Shown one piece after another: positions 35,331 through 45,743 of a stretch of 52,168 bases of DNA. The notes beneath the pieces were generated by a model, which had not been told where the DNA came from, did not search any database, and saw only the letters and a list, made by a program, of their open reading frames with translations. The stretch spans positions 1 through 52,168 of IMG/VR virus record IMGVR_UViG_3300027917_000058, one strand, 5' to 3'. The position numbers and the translations under genes were made by a program. The first letter of the stretch is position 1. The number at the start of each line of letters is the position of its first letter. Origin of the DNA: a virus. Its lineage: Duplodnaviria; Caudoviricetes.

Positions 35331-37848
35331 CTACCGCCTCCAGAACGAAGGTGACTTCCAAATCACCAATCTCCGGGGATGATCTAGGGAACTCCGCAGT
35401 CGGACCCATGCGTCCGATGCGGCACGGAATCACGTAAGTCCCGTAAGCATAATAGGTTCTGGACGTGCTTCCGGTGAGTGAAATCGAGCCGTCCGCATTG
35501 TAGGTGCAGGGGAGGAAGTCCCATGTGAACTGATCCTTCCAGATCGCCACATAGGTCGCCTCATCGAAACGGCGTCCATCGGTGTCCACCGAAGATGCCG
35601 GGATCGAGCTTGCTCCGCTGGTGAGATCCACATCGAGCCTCGCCGCATCCATCCAGAGCGGAACGCCCCATCGGCTCGGCTGCTCCTCCCAGATCAGTGC
35701 ATGGAGATGTCCGACTTCCCGCGATGTGGGCAAGGTGACGTTGAAGCTGATCCGTTCGTATGGGATCTCACGCAGGGAGATGCGTTGCTCGGTATCGTCC
35801 CGCGCTCGGATCAGGTCCGATGGATGGACCCATTCCTCTTCCACATCGCCGTTTGGAGGGGCCGGGAAGAAGACCGGAGTGGAGAGTGCATCTTCGGTTA
35901 TCGGCGTGCAAGGACCATCAGCGGGAGGTGCATACGGATCGGCTGGCGCATAGTTGTAGAGGTCTTCAATCCCCTCATCCCTGAGTGCCTGATAATTGAG
36001 TCCGAAGAAGACGAACCCGGAACTGATTTGTCCCTGTGCAAGCTGCTCATGCCACCACCCGGGCTTGCCGCAGTCGGTCAGGCAGTCGAAGGTTTCATCG
36101 ATGTCCCACTCATCCTCTGGCTTGCTGGTTAGGGCGAAATCCATACTGCCTTCAAGGACAGAATAGAAAAGTGGAGACAATGTGATTTTGCCACGGACGC
36201 GGGTTGTGTTGGTCGCCACATTCCTCTGGACCCAGAGCAATAGGGAGTACCAGTGCATCATGCCCAGGGTCACATACCACGAGGGGTCCCCAATGGGCTG
36301 ACCATAGATTGGAACCTCCACTCTGGAGCCGATGTATGCGATTTCCTCTGGGCCATAAACGACCCTGCTGGTGTAGTAAACACAATCTTCAAAGGTTGCC
36401 CTCAACATCAAACGGGCGTAATGCCCACCCGAAATACCGTCAGTATTCCCGAAACTCAGCCCCAAACCAACACCCTTTTGATCGCCCGTTTCCGCATATC
36501 CCTGGAAAACCCCCAATCCGCCCGTCATCATCTCGCTGTCCCGCCCAGGCCAGCCGCAGTAGCACCCATACCCCTGGACGGAGCCGGTCATAATGAACGA
36601 GCCCATGCCATCGGCCTCGGGGTCAACGATGGCTGATGGCAGTTGCGCCCCGTTAAGCCCCGCCCGAGAGGTGCCTTCCGCCCAACCCAGATAACCGCCA
36701 AACTTTGAATCAGCCCAACGCCTCTCAAGACGCTGATCCTCCGCTGATGTCATCCCGCCGATGATGAGGGAATATTCGCTCCAGCTATTGTTGTTGTCTT
36801 GGAACGCAGCCCGCACCATGAAGAAGAAACCGGCTTCAAGGTTGTTGAAGGTATAGGTGTACTGCTCGGCGGGATCGGTCGTGGTATAGCTCTCGATGGG
36901 ATTCGTCCAGATGCCTCCCAGCGGGATCATCTCGTACTTTGTCGCTTGCCAATCTCGGGGGGTTGGATGCTCGTAGGTGTCCAACGTGACGGTCACGGAG
37001 TTCTGAGTGAGTGCCGTCACGGAGATCCGGGGTCGGTAAGGCTGATCGGCATCTTGGACCGTGAAGTAAGCATGGTCATGGAGCGAGTCGCCCTCCCCAT
37101 CATTCGACCAGACCTCGACCTCGTAATCATCTTCAGCGAACCCGGAGAGATCCCAGGCATAAGGGCTCGTGTCATCCGTGAACAATGGGGTCCATGAACC
37201 GGCACCCACCGCCCGATATTGAGCGTTGTATGTGAGGGGATCATCATCCGGGTCAACGGACGGCTCCCAGGTCAGATCATGGCTCGATTTGTCCCATTCC
37301 TGACCGTCGTATGGTGCGGTGATCGTCGGGGCGGTCGGACGCCCATTGTGGATCGTGAACTCGACAGCAACGACCTGGGAGGAGTATCCCACCGTCTCCG
37401 CCCAGATTTCGAAGTCGTAATCGCCATCCGTGAGCCCACTGACATCGTAGTCGTAGACACTGTTGTAGAGGGCATCCGTGAAGATGGCCGTCCAGGCGGT
37501 GTCGGTCGTGAGCTTCAGCCGCGCCGTATACCAGATCGTCCCTTCCAGCGGGTCGGTGGATTCGTCATATGTGACGTAGAGCGTTTCGCTGACGATCTGG
37601 TCATCGTAAGGGACGATGAGGTTGGGTGCGGTGGGCGACGGCTCCGTGATGAGGACTACCCGGCCCAGCATCGTGACGCGAAGGTCGTTTTCCGCGAACT
37701 GCCCCGCCGCTTGCCGCCCTGCCTGAGTAACCCGAACGTCAGCCCCCTCCTGGGTAACGGCCTGACGCCCCGCTTGGGTGACGCGAACGTCGGCGTCCTC
37801 CTGGGTCGGGGCCTGACGCCCCGCTTGGGTTACTCTGATGTCTGTCAT
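35323..37848 (-). CDS. Tail protein with N-terminal RVTQAGRQ repeats, FN3/Ig-like domains and a distal-tail-like C-terminus
   Basis: Repeats seen directly; PTAPTITAP..LTW..S.DPD.D.LTY FN3 motifs; EQRISLRE.P and WGVPLW in the C-terminus. Confidence 0.75.
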   Translation of the reverse strand: MTDIRVTQAGRQAPTQEDADVRVTQAGRQAVTQEGADVRVTQAGRQAAGQFAENDLRVTMLGRVVLITEPSPTAPNLIVPYDDQIVSETLYVTYDESTDPLEGTIWYTARLKLTTDTAWTAIFTDALYNSVYDYDVSGLTDGDYDFEIWAETVGYSSQVVAVEFTIHNGRPTAPTITAPYDGQEWDKSSHDLTWEPSVDPDDDPLTYNAQYRAVGAGSWTPLFTDDTSPYAWDLSGFAEDDYEVEVWSNDGEGDSLHDHAYFTVQDADQPYRPRISVTALTQNSVTVTLDTYEHPTPRDWQATKYEMIPLGGIWTNPIESYTTTDPAEQYTYTFNNLEAGFFFMVRAAFQDNNNSWSEYSLIIGGMTSAEDQRLERRWADSKFGGYLGWAEGTSRAGLNGAQLPSAIVDPEADGMGSFIMTGSVQGYGCYCGWPGRDSEMMTGGLGVFQGYAETGDQKGVGLGLSFGNTDGISGGHYARLMLRATFEDCVYYTSRVVYGPEEIAYIGSRVEVPIYGQPIGDPSWYVTLGMMHWYSLLLWVQRNVATNTTRVRGKITLSPLFYSVLEGSMDFALTSKPEDEWDIDETFDCLTDCGKPGWWHEQLAQGQISSGFVFFGLNYQALRDEGIEDLYNYAPADPYAPPADGPCTPITEDALSTPVFFPAPPNGDVEEEWVHPSDLIRARDDTEQRISLREIPYERISFNVTLPTSREVGHLHALIWEEQPSRWGVPLWMDAARLDVDLTSGASSIPASSVDTDGRRFDEATYVAIWKDQFTWDFLPCTYNADGSISLTGSTSRTYYAYGTYVIPCRIGRMGPTAEFPRSSPEIGDLEVTFVLEAVDG

Positions 37849-38891
37849 CAGGCAGCGTGTTCGTAGGTGGTTTCAGCAGCGTCCGCAGCCGCAGCACTCG
37901 CCCAGGGTGAAGCTGTCGCCGGATCGTTCACATAGATCGAGCCACGGTATCCGTCGTAGGTATCACTCAACCCCTCTGCCGAAGCCTGATTGTGGGTGGT
38001 GCTGGACAACAGACCGACCTTGATATTCGCACTCCCGGTTGGGACGTATCTCGCGATGACCATTGGCTGGAGGGCAAGGGGCGCGACCGCCAGCGTATCT
38101 CCATGCGCGATCTGATCCAGCGTAGAGGTGGCGGTGCTGGAGTTGTAGGTGGTATCGCCGTCATGGCCGATGTCGTCCACATTCTGGTAGTTCGATCCAG
38201 CGGACGGCGTGAAGTTTGCCGCCGACCCCGCCGTATCCGCAGCCTGATACCAGATGTCCATCGGCCCGCGCTGGGTCGAGTCATCTACATAGATGTCAGT
38301 GATCCTGATTTCGTCGTTCCAGTAGGTGTCCCCCAGGTTCCCCATCCTGATCGCATCGCAGGAGGTACCGGCATAGATCGTGTCTAGGCTCGTGAAGCTC
38401 CCGACCGAAGTGCCGTTGATCCAGAAATCGACGGTGCCCGCAGAAGCGTGAAAGTAAATCTTCGCCTCGACATAGGCCCAGGTGTAGCCACTGATCGCCT
38501 TCTCCGATGTCGGATAGCTCGCCAGAATCCCTTGGTTCGATGAAGTGCTGACCTGAAGGCGTCCGTCGAGAAGCAGGTTGAGCGAGGCCAGATGTGATCC
38601 GCCATCCTCGAAACGGAAGAGGTGGTGGTGGGTCGTCATGTTGCCATTCATCCAGATTCGGCAACCGATGACCACCGTGGTCGAGTCCATCCCGCCCAGC
38701 TTCATATGCATATCGGGGTCAGCACCCGAACAGGTCAGATATTTCCGGTTGCCTTGGGACCCGGACGAGAGGGAGGTCAGTGAGGGTGTGCTGTTCCAAC
38801 TTGACCACTGGAGCAGCATTGGGGCCTCGCTACCATATGCCTGAGCCCCCGTGGCGTATCCACCGAATCCCTCCAAAAAGCGCAAACTCAT
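37848..38891 (-). CDS. Virion protein, concanavalin/LamG-like fold
   Basis: FLEGF, W.YVEAKI...GTVDFWING, ITDIYV; paralog of 38903..39976. Confidence 0.7.
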   Translation of the reverse strand: MSLRFLEGFGGYATGAQAYGSEAPMLLQWSSWNSTPSLTSLSSGSQGNRKYLTCSGADPDMHMKLGGMDSTTVVIGCRIWMNGNMTTHHHLFRFEDGGSHLASLNLLLDGRLQVSTSSNQGILASYPTSEKAISGYTWAYVEAKIYFHASAGTVDFWINGTSVGSFTSLDTIYAGTSCDAIRMGNLGDTYWNDEIRITDIYVDDSTQRGPMDIWYQAADTAGSAANFTPSAGSNYQNVDDIGHDGDTTYNSSTATSTLDQIAHGDTLAVAPLALQPMVIARYVPTGSANIKVGLLSSTTHNQASAEGLSDTYDGYRGSIYVNDPATASPWASAAAADAAETTYEHAA

Positions 38892-38902
38892 CTTCCGTCC
38901 CC

Positions 38903-39976
38903 CTATGTTGCGTGTTGGATCACTGTCTCCGCGTCATCGGCCCCGGACGCCGTCCAGGCAGAACTGGTAGCCGGATCCGTCTCGTAAATATCACCCTTGA
39001 GGGGCGTGTATTCAGAACCCACGTATTGGGCAGTGCCAAGATCCTCCGTGGTATCACTCAGGACCCCTAGCTTGACCTTCGCCGCCCCCTCGTCATCGAC
39101 CGCCTTCGCCCAAGCAACCGGCTGGATCGCTGTCGGGCCGAAGGTGTGGGTTACATCGTGGGCGATCTGATCCTTCGTCCCCGTGGAGGTAGAGTAGTTG
39201 TAGGTCGTATCGCCATCCGGGTCAGTCGTCTCGTCCACGTTCTCGTGGTTAGAGCCACTGAGCGGCGTGAAATTGGCGGCTGAACCGGCTGTGTCCGCTG
39301 GCTGATAGTAGCATTCTACCTTCCCCAACACATCGCCGTCAGAAACGTAGATGTCAGTGAACAACCAGTTGCCTACCGAACCGGATGAGGTCGCTGAATA
39401 TGACATCTCGATCCCGTTGGCATACTCCGTTCCGGCTGGACCCACCGTATCGATGCCGGTCTGCGAACTGTCCAGCGTGCCATCCAGATAGAAGTAGACC
39501 TCACCAACGGTGTTGCTTAGGACAATCTTGACCTCGCAGTAGGTCCAGATGCTTTGCGTCACAGTTCCCGTCGTACCCCAGGACTCGGTGCCGTCATTCA
39601 AGAGTCCAGCCGCATCCTTCGTGTACCGGAGGGTCCCGTCTGAGTGGATGCCGATGAACCCTACCGCAGTCGGTCCAGCACTGATTTGGAAGATACCGCA
39701 GACGTTCGCGTCATAGCGATATACCCGGACGCCGATCGTGAGCGTCGAATAGTCGCCGCCCAACGAACCCATGAGCCGGTAATCATGGCCGGTGTCCGGG
39801 AACTCGATGGACTTCTTCACGCCCATGTCACCGTCTTCCAGGGCGGCAATAGCGATCTCGTTGCTGGCCCCTTCGGTGTAGTAGTTCCAGTTGAGGGCTA
39901 GCCCCTTGTGGACTCCCCGGACCTGATCGCCGGTTGCACATTGGCCGAAGCCTTCATAGAAGATGACGCCCATCAT
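38903..39976 (-). CDS. Virion protein, concanavalin/LamG-like fold
   Basis: FYEGF, W.YCEVKI...GEV.FYLDG, FTDIYV; shares ADTAGSAANFTP and DGDTTYN with its neighbour. Confidence 0.7.
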   Translation of the reverse strand: MMGVIFYEGFGQCATGDQVRGVHKGLALNWNYYTEGASNEIAIAALEDGDMGVKKSIEFPDTGHDYRLMGSLGGDYSTLTIGVRVYRYDANVCGIFQISAGPTAVGFIGIHSDGTLRYTKDAAGLLNDGTESWGTTGTVTQSIWTYCEVKIVLSNTVGEVYFYLDGTLDSSQTGIDTVGPAGTEYANGIEMSYSATSSGSVGNWLFTDIYVSDGDVLGKVECYYQPADTAGSAANFTPLSGSNHENVDETTDPDGDTTYNYSTSTGTKDQIAHDVTHTFGPTAIQPVAWAKAVDDEGAAKVKLGVLSDTTEDLGTAQYVGSEYTPLKGDIYETDPATSSAWTASGADDAETVIQHAT

Positions 39977-42900
39977 ACCCCCAAGGATTTCAGCATGGTG
40001 CGCCGGTTCTTCTGGATGACCTTCATCACCAGCATCTCCCCCTCCGGTGTGTTCATTTGATCCACAACCAGCCCGTCCGCGAGGCCGATCGTCAACTCGC
40101 CTCGAAAATTCTTTGTCGTCTGTACTGGTCTGCTCCCGCCGACGATCCCGCCACTGGCGTACTGCTTCAGATTCGCGATCTCCCTCGGCATAGCTCCAGC
40201 GTTCAGCCGGTGGAAGAAATCAGTACCATACTTCCTGACCGATGCCGCCCTGACCACGAACTCCCCGGCAGAAAGACGTGCCAAGATGCTGTCAGACGTT
40301 GAGGTACCCGGGCCGATGACGGTCCCGCCGCCAGCACGACGGATGAACGGACCAGCGATGGAACGCGGTGCGACGTAACCGCCTCTCGCTGCCGCACCAA
40401 TGGTTTGAAATCCCGGGATCGATTGGAGGATTTTGAGCGCGATGGCGCGAGCGGCAAGTTCGACCATCTGCTGGGCGATTTGGCCCAAGAGGTTCCTGAT
40501 GCTTTCCAGAGAGCCGACAAGGTTCGTGAAGGCGTCCCCAAGGCTATCCGCTTCCGTTACAGCACGGGTCAGGTAATTCGCGAGTTCGGACGCGGCAGCT
40601 TGCCCCGCCGCCTGACGGAAATCAAACCAATGATCCCGGAGCCGTTTTACCGTATTCTCCAGCTTCCGCATCTCAGATTCCATCGCATCAACATTCGCAA
40701 TGGCGTCTGGATCACCAAGCAGTTCCGCCTGTTCTCGTATCAGAGGAAGCAGTTGTCGCATGATGCCCAGAAGCTTCTCGTACTGAGAAACCATCATCTC
40801 CTGGGCTTCCTCCTGAGAAACCGCGCCGACCTCACGAAGCTGCTCGATTTCGCTGATCGCGTTCCGTGTTGCCGCCTGAGCCCGCTGAAGCTGCTCCTCG
40901 TACATCCCCAGGCTTTCTCGCGCCACTTCAAAGCCGATATAGGCATCCAGTTGGGACAACCAATCTTTGGCATCTCGGGCAACCGCCTCATCCGTGTACC
41001 GCGCCATCGCTTCCAGTTCCAATCGATATTCGCGGTACTGCTCCGCCAGCCGTCGCCGTGTTGCTTCCGCCGCATCGCCAATCGCCTTGAGGGTGCCAAC
41101 CTCGATCTTCCCGGCTTCAGCCGCGAATTTGATCTGCTCGTTCCTGCGGGCGAGTTCGTTCTGGATGAGCTTGATCTGGGCCTGAGTCTGAAGTTGGAGG
41201 ATTTGGATGTCTTCCCGGCCAGCCTTCTTCGGGTCGTCCGCATACACCGCCTGAAGCTGTTGCCTGAGAGCGATCTGCAAGGTGATCGCTTCCTGTTGCG
41301 CCTGATTCAGAAGGTCATAGTAATCGAGATAGCTGATGATGTTGCGTTCGAACTGGTCCTTGAGTTCGGCTTCCCGGACCTGAAGCCGGTTCTGGATTCT
41401 GGCGATCTGCGTCTCGATGTCAGCCGCCCGCGCCTCGGCATCTTCTTCGGTCCCTCCCCTCCCCTCGATGCGGTACTTCTTCCCAAGCCGCCGCGCCCGC
41501 AATGCCTCCAGTTCCGCTTCCTCCCTTTTGATGTTCTCAGCGAGTTCGGAAAGCTGATTGGTCAGTTCGGCAATGGTGTTGTCGTCGCGGATCCCCCGCA
41601 ACCATCTCTGCACTGAGGCAAGCGGAGCCACGGTGCTTTCTTCCGCCACGCGGCCATATTCCTTCAACTGTTCAAGTTCGAACGTCTGCTGGGCCTGGAG
41701 TCTCCGGCTGGCGTCGAGTTTAGCCTGAACCTGCGCGATCTGGGCATCGATCACACGGTTGATCGCCGCCTCATAGGCTTCCTCGTCGCCCGTAGCATCT
41801 TGGACAGCACGCGCATAGTCTGGATGGAGTGCGTTGAGTTGCGTAATGATGTCTTCCATACGTTCATGCGCTGCGGCCACCTTCTCCGTCTGGACCTCAT
41901 TATTCTCCAGGGCATTGGCAAGTGTGGAATACTCCCTTGCAAGTTGCTGGGCCTGACCCGCCTGACGATCGAGACCGACGATCGCGTTCGTCTGCTCCTC
42001 GTTCGCCCTCGTCATGGCCTGAACAGCCTCGGCCTCGGTATCAATGAAGTGGTCGAGGGTCGTGACGAGAACCGTTAGTGCCGCCGTTACCCCTGCGATG
42101 GTCACGGCAACGGGACCCAGCACCGCATTGATGATGGCGAATGTTCCGATTCCACCCAGCCCAAAAAGCCCAGCGGCCAGTATCGGCTGGCGACCGATGG
42201 TCTTCATCGTGTCGGCAATCGACTCGATCACGTTCTGGACATGGTCCCCCTCTACACCCCATTTCGTGATTCCCAGCCCGATCTTTGTCACGCCGGTAAT
42301 CATCTCACCGAACCCCCGGGTGAGTTCACCGACAGCGAAGATCATTGCGTTGATCTGTTCTTGGTTCCGCTCTAGCCAGGAATTTAGGTTTATGGCTGTA
42401 TTCAGCGCACCTTCGAACGCCCCTGCGACCTGATCCCCCACTCCTGCAAAGACGTTTGAGATCGTCTTGACCAGCGTTGAGAACTCCTTACTGATCTCAG
42501 CCGTATCGAAGTCGAAGATCCTCTGGACCGCGCCCAACCCCCGCTGCCTGACGGCTTCGAACATGGGGAACGTCACCTCGCCAGCGAACAGTTCGAACGT
42601 CTCCTTCACGTTCGATTTCAGTGCTGCCCACGTCTCGACAATACGTTCTCCTGCGATGCCGAACGCTTCAAACGATTCCAACAGAAACTCGGCCAACCGC
42701 CCCTGTTCCTTGGCGAGCCGAATCTGCTCGTTCGTCAGACCCAGAGCCTTCGCGATCCGGGTGTTCTGATCGATGATCCCGCCCAGGATAGACCGGATTT
42801 CCTCGTTGAGTTGCCGATATGGGACCCCCAGGGCTCCCGCAGCCTGGGCGATACGGATGGTGACGGTTCGGATCTCATCAAGCGTGAGTCCGGTCGCGAG

Positions 42901-43386
42901 CCCTGCACCGACAGCCTGTTGGAAGGCATCCACCAATTCCTTCGTCGTTGCCGCCGTCTGGATGCCCGCGATCCTGAGCTTCCTGACCTGATCGGTGGCT
43001 GCCGTATAAGCAGCATCTAGGGCCTCGACGCCCTGAAGCTGTCTGCCCGTCTCGTCATAGAGGTCGGCCTGGGCAGTGATGAGGGAAGCGATGGCGAGCC
43101 GGGATTGCTCGATTACTTCATTGTATTCCAGCCCCGCAGCGGTGGCGTTCTTGAACGCGCCCGTGATCGCGCTGAATCCACGGACGACCCCAAGATAGGC
43201 AATGGTACGGAGGGCGATGTTGCGGAAGGACCGGCCAAGCTCATGGGTGTTCCGGGTGGTCCTTTTTACCTCATCGGCAGAGCCCCGGACGGCAGTTTTG
43301 ACCTTCCTGATGGAGCCCAACAGGGCGTTGAGGTTCTTTTCGGTGAAAACGACCCCGAACCGTACTTCCCCGCCAGTAGGACTCAT
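39973..43386 (-). CDS. Tail tape measure protein
   Basis: 1137-aa helical Ala-rich ORF after the chaperones; C-terminal GPGTSTSDSILARLSAGEFVV motif. Confidence 0.93.
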   Translation of the reverse strand: MSPTGGEVRFGVVFTEKNLNALLGSIRKVKTAVRGSADEVKRTTRNTHELGRSFRNIALRTIAYLGVVRGFSAITGAFKNATAAGLEYNEVIEQSRLAIASLITAQADLYDETGRQLQGVEALDAAYTAATDQVRKLRIAGIQTAATTKELVDAFQQAVGAGLATGLTLDEIRTVTIRIAQAAGALGVPYRQLNEEIRSILGGIIDQNTRIAKALGLTNEQIRLAKEQGRLAEFLLESFEAFGIAGERIVETWAALKSNVKETFELFAGEVTFPMFEAVRQRGLGAVQRIFDFDTAEISKEFSTLVKTISNVFAGVGDQVAGAFEGALNTAINLNSWLERNQEQINAMIFAVGELTRGFGEMITGVTKIGLGITKWGVEGDHVQNVIESIADTMKTIGRQPILAAGLFGLGGIGTFAIINAVLGPVAVTIAGVTAALTVLVTTLDHFIDTEAEAVQAMTRANEEQTNAIVGLDRQAGQAQQLAREYSTLANALENNEVQTEKVAAAHERMEDIITQLNALHPDYARAVQDATGDEEAYEAAINRVIDAQIAQVQAKLDASRRLQAQQTFELEQLKEYGRVAEESTVAPLASVQRWLRGIRDDNTIAELTNQLSELAENIKREEAELEALRARRLGKKYRIEGRGGTEEDAEARAADIETQIARIQNRLQVREAELKDQFERNIISYLDYYDLLNQAQQEAITLQIALRQQLQAVYADDPKKAGREDIQILQLQTQAQIKLIQNELARRNEQIKFAAEAGKIEVGTLKAIGDAAEATRRRLAEQYREYRLELEAMARYTDEAVARDAKDWLSQLDAYIGFEVARESLGMYEEQLQRAQAATRNAISEIEQLREVGAVSQEEAQEMMVSQYEKLLGIMRQLLPLIREQAELLGDPDAIANVDAMESEMRKLENTVKRLRDHWFDFRQAAGQAAASELANYLTRAVTEADSLGDAFTNLVGSLESIRNLLGQIAQQMVELAARAIALKILQSIPGFQTIGAAARGGYVAPRSIAGPFIRRAGGGTVIGPGTSTSDSILARLSAGEFVVRAASVRKYGTDFFHRLNAGAMPREIANLKQYASGGIVGGSRPVQTTKNFRGELTIGLADGLVVDQMNTPEGEMLVMKVIQKNRRTMLKSLGV

Positions 43387-43721
43387 TCTGGGTTCCCTCT
43401 CCTCAGAATCGACGGGAGTTTCGGAGGTTTCTTCAGCCCTCCCGCCACATGAAGACTCTGCTCATGCCTGAACTGCTCGATGGCACGGTCCCTCGCCTTC
43501 TGGACGAACGCCTCTAATCCATCCCGCATCCGTGTTCCAGCCACTTCGTCGTACTTGAGGGGGTCCCAGCCCGCAAGCTCCTGTATCACGACCCGAAAGT
43601 CGCCAAGTCGTCTGCCAGATCGGGCTCGCGCTCCATTTCCTCCTGAAGACGGACGACGAGATCCGGTGTCTTCGAAGAGTTCTGGAAAGTCTTCGTAGAT
43701 GCGAGCCCGCTCCAAAAAAAA
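43383..43721 (-). CDS. Frameshift extension of tail assembly chaperone (gpGT-like)
   Basis: The -1 frame is open from T TTT TTT (43721-43714) to 43383, ending on the tape measure start. Confidence 0.75.
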   Translation of the reverse strand, partial: FFLERARIYEDFPELFEDTGSRRPSSGGNGARARSGRRLGDFRVVIQELAGWDPLKYDEVAGTRMRDGLEAFVQKARDRAIEQFRHEQSLHVAGGLKKPPKLPSILRRGNPE

Positions 43722-44116
43722 CTGAGAATCGCTTCGGCAAGGACAGCGTTCGCCTTTCCGATGTCTTCCTTGCCCTTCAGACCGCCGAAGAACTGTTTCA
43801 AATCCTCGGCGTAGCTCGGGGACCATGTCTTCCCCTTTTCCACCAGCAAGCCCGCCAGCACATCGAGATGTGCCCTCTGCTGGTAGCACCGGGATACGAT
43901 CCTCGTGGTGAGGCTTTCCACCTCATCATCCGACAGGACTTGCTCGGTTTCCAGAACTCTCTTGAGCATTGGTTCCACCGCGCTCATAAGCTCGGATCCA
44001 AGCCCCGCCTTCTCTGATGCCGTCTGAATCCACGCGAACTGATCGAAAGTCATGTCGTCCTCCTGGGTCGGGACGAACACCCTTCCTCCTAGCGTGACCT
44101 CTTTCTTCGCGTCCAT
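43586..44116 (-). CDS. Tail assembly chaperone (gpG-like)
   Basis: Between the major tail and tape measure genes; AGGAG RBS; contains a T8 slippery site. Confidence 0.8.
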   Translation of the reverse strand: MDAKKEVTLGGRVFVPTQEDDMTFDQFAWIQTASEKAGLGSELMSAVEPMLKRVLETEQVLSDDEVESLTTRIVSRCYQQRAHLDVLAGLLVEKGKTWSPSYAEDLKQFFGGLKGKEDIGKANAVLAEAILSFFWSGLASTKTFQNSSKTPDLVVRLQEEMEREPDLADDLATFGS

Positions 44117-44204
44117 TTCCTCTCCTGATGAACGATGCCCCGGCACGGAGGGTCCGCACCGGGGCACCGGCAAACGTCACCCTCAAGCGACCATCAGCAG
44201 ATTA

Positions 44205-44984
44205 TCACCGATAGTCGTCGCGATCCACAGCCAGAAAGAACGGATCGTTGGGATGATTCGCGGAATCGTCCAGAGCCTCGCAGTTGAGGGTCCATTCCAG
44301 AAAATCATCGCCAATGAAGTCCAGCCCGCCTTCCGGCTCGATAGAAACATTGTGGACCTCTACGTCCATCGCTGGACCCGCTGCCGGATCCCCGATGAAG
44401 ACGAGTCTGCCGAAGATGTTCCCCGTGTCGCCGCCACGGATAGACATACTGCTGTCGGCGGCGTAGGAGTAATCGGCATCGATCTGGGTTGCGGCAGTGA
44501 GGTTGGCCCCACCCTCGATGATCTCAATGAGCCCCAAGGTGGCATCGGTGATGTTGTAGTCCGTGCCCTCGACCAAGGTGGTCGTGCCCTGAGTGAGTAC
44601 CACACTGCTGATCTGCCGGAACGCAGTCTGGTAGTACGCACCCTCGATCATCTGAGCAGCGGTCGCCAGCACCTCGCCCGTCACTGACGAAGAAGTCTGT
44701 GCGAGAGCGGCCAAGGACCCCATCGTGACGAGAGCGGCGTTCTGGGGGTTGAACTCCTGCCCGACGATGTTGACACGACAGGTCCGCTTGGACGTGACCT
44801 TCCGGTACGTGCCCAAGGACGCTGTCATGCGGTTGATGACCTCCCTCGTCTCGTCTTCGAAGGAGACTTGGAACTGTGTGCAGTTCCCCAAATGGACGAG
44901 CCCTTGATCCACGTCGCTTCGATCAAAAAAGACCTGGCCCGCCCCCAGAAGTAGGTTGGTGTTGTCCGGTGCAAGTGGTGACAT
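44205..44984 (-). CDS. Major tail tube protein
   Basis: LLGAGQVFF...LGNC, EGTDY, LVFIGDPAAGP, LDFIGDDF; canonical position. Confidence 0.85.
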   Translation of the reverse strand: MSPLAPDNTNLLLGAGQVFFDRSDVDQGLVHLGNCTQFQVSFEDETREVINRMTASLGTYRKVTSKRTCRVNIVGQEFNPQNAALVTMGSLAALAQTSSSVTGEVLATAAQMIEGAYYQTAFRQISSVVLTQGTTTLVEGTDYNITDATLGLIEIIEGGANLTAATQIDADYSYAADSSMSIRGGDTGNIFGRLVFIGDPAAGPAMDVEVHNVSIEPEGGLDFIGDDFLEWTLNCEALDDSANHPNDPFFLAVDRDDYR

Positions 44985-45000
44985 CGATCAATTCCTCGTC

Positions 45001-45246
45001 TCAGGGACTATGAAGTTCGGGCGTCTCTTCCGCGCCCTCCGTGGGTTCCTCTTGGGGCGTCTCCTCCTGCGGTTCGGACGCCGTACTCTTCTTCCGTGGT
45101 GATCGCACGGGCCGCGCCACTCCGATGTCGAGAAGCCATGCAGAACGAGCCGGGGTGACTTCGATCACATCACCCGCCTCGACAACCTTGCCTTTGTGGG
45201 TGTGACCAGCCCCCTTCTCCGTGATCTCCATTTTGACCAGATTCAT
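45001..45246 (-). CDS. Small hypothetical protein (DUF7210-like)
   Basis: HTHKG....GDVIEV....AWL...GVA motif. Confidence 0.6.
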   Translation of the reverse strand: MNLVKMEITEKGAGHTHKGKVVEAGDVIEVTPARSAWLLDIGVARPVRSPRKKSTASEPQEETPQEEPTEGAEETPELHSP

Positions 45247-45248
45247 GC

Positions 45249-45743
45249 CTAGCTCCTCACTTCGGGGTTATCTGTGCGCGTGTGGAAGTGGATCTGGATC
45301 GCGATCTCCCGCATGGACACCACCGCCGACGAATCGTCATACATCGTGACGAAATCCTCCTGCCCCTCCTCGCTGATCCAATGCGCGAGACCGCCCAGGG
45401 TCGGTTCGCTCTGCAACGCCTGGATCACCCAATTCGTTCCTTCGTCCACAGCGTCCGATGACAATAGCTCGTCCGCGTTTGCGGCGATGGCAATGGTCAG
45501 GTTCAGGACCCGTTTCAGGGCTGTACTCTTGTAATGGGAGCGTTCTGTCGGCTTCTGCCCTCCCATGTGGACGACCACCAGCGGCCCCTCTTGGACGTGC
45601 TTGGGCATGATCGGCCCGATACGTTCCCGCTGGACAGTCAGGTTGGATGGCGGGGTGAACGTATCCCCATCGATCGATACACTGGCTTCCTCCAGCCTTG
45701 TGACAACGGCTTTTTGGATCTGGAGTGCAACCGAATCAGCCAT
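45249..45743 (-). CDS. Tail terminator (gpU-like)
   Basis: Size, position and L.SEPTLGGLA motif. Confidence 0.65.
   Translation of the reverse strand: MADSVALQIQKAVVTRLEEASVSIDGDTFTPPSNLTVQRERIGPIMPKHVQEGPLVVVHMGGQKPTERSHYKSTALKRVLNLTIAIAANADELLSSDAVDEGTNWVIQALQSEPTLGGLAHWISEEGQEDFVTMYDDSSAVVSMREIAIQIHFHTRTDNPEVRS

Noticed and set aside
34362-39976. Diversity-generating retroelement acting on tail fibres
   Set aside because: No reverse transcriptase, and no TR/VR pair differing at adenines, was seen.
40405-41616. Long plus-strand ORFs opposite structural and replication genes (e.g. 40405..41616, 19357..20355, 49228..50160, 10281..11129, 7659..8486)
   Set aside because: They are antisense shadows of well-supported minus-strand genes in high-GC DNA and have no recognisable motifs.
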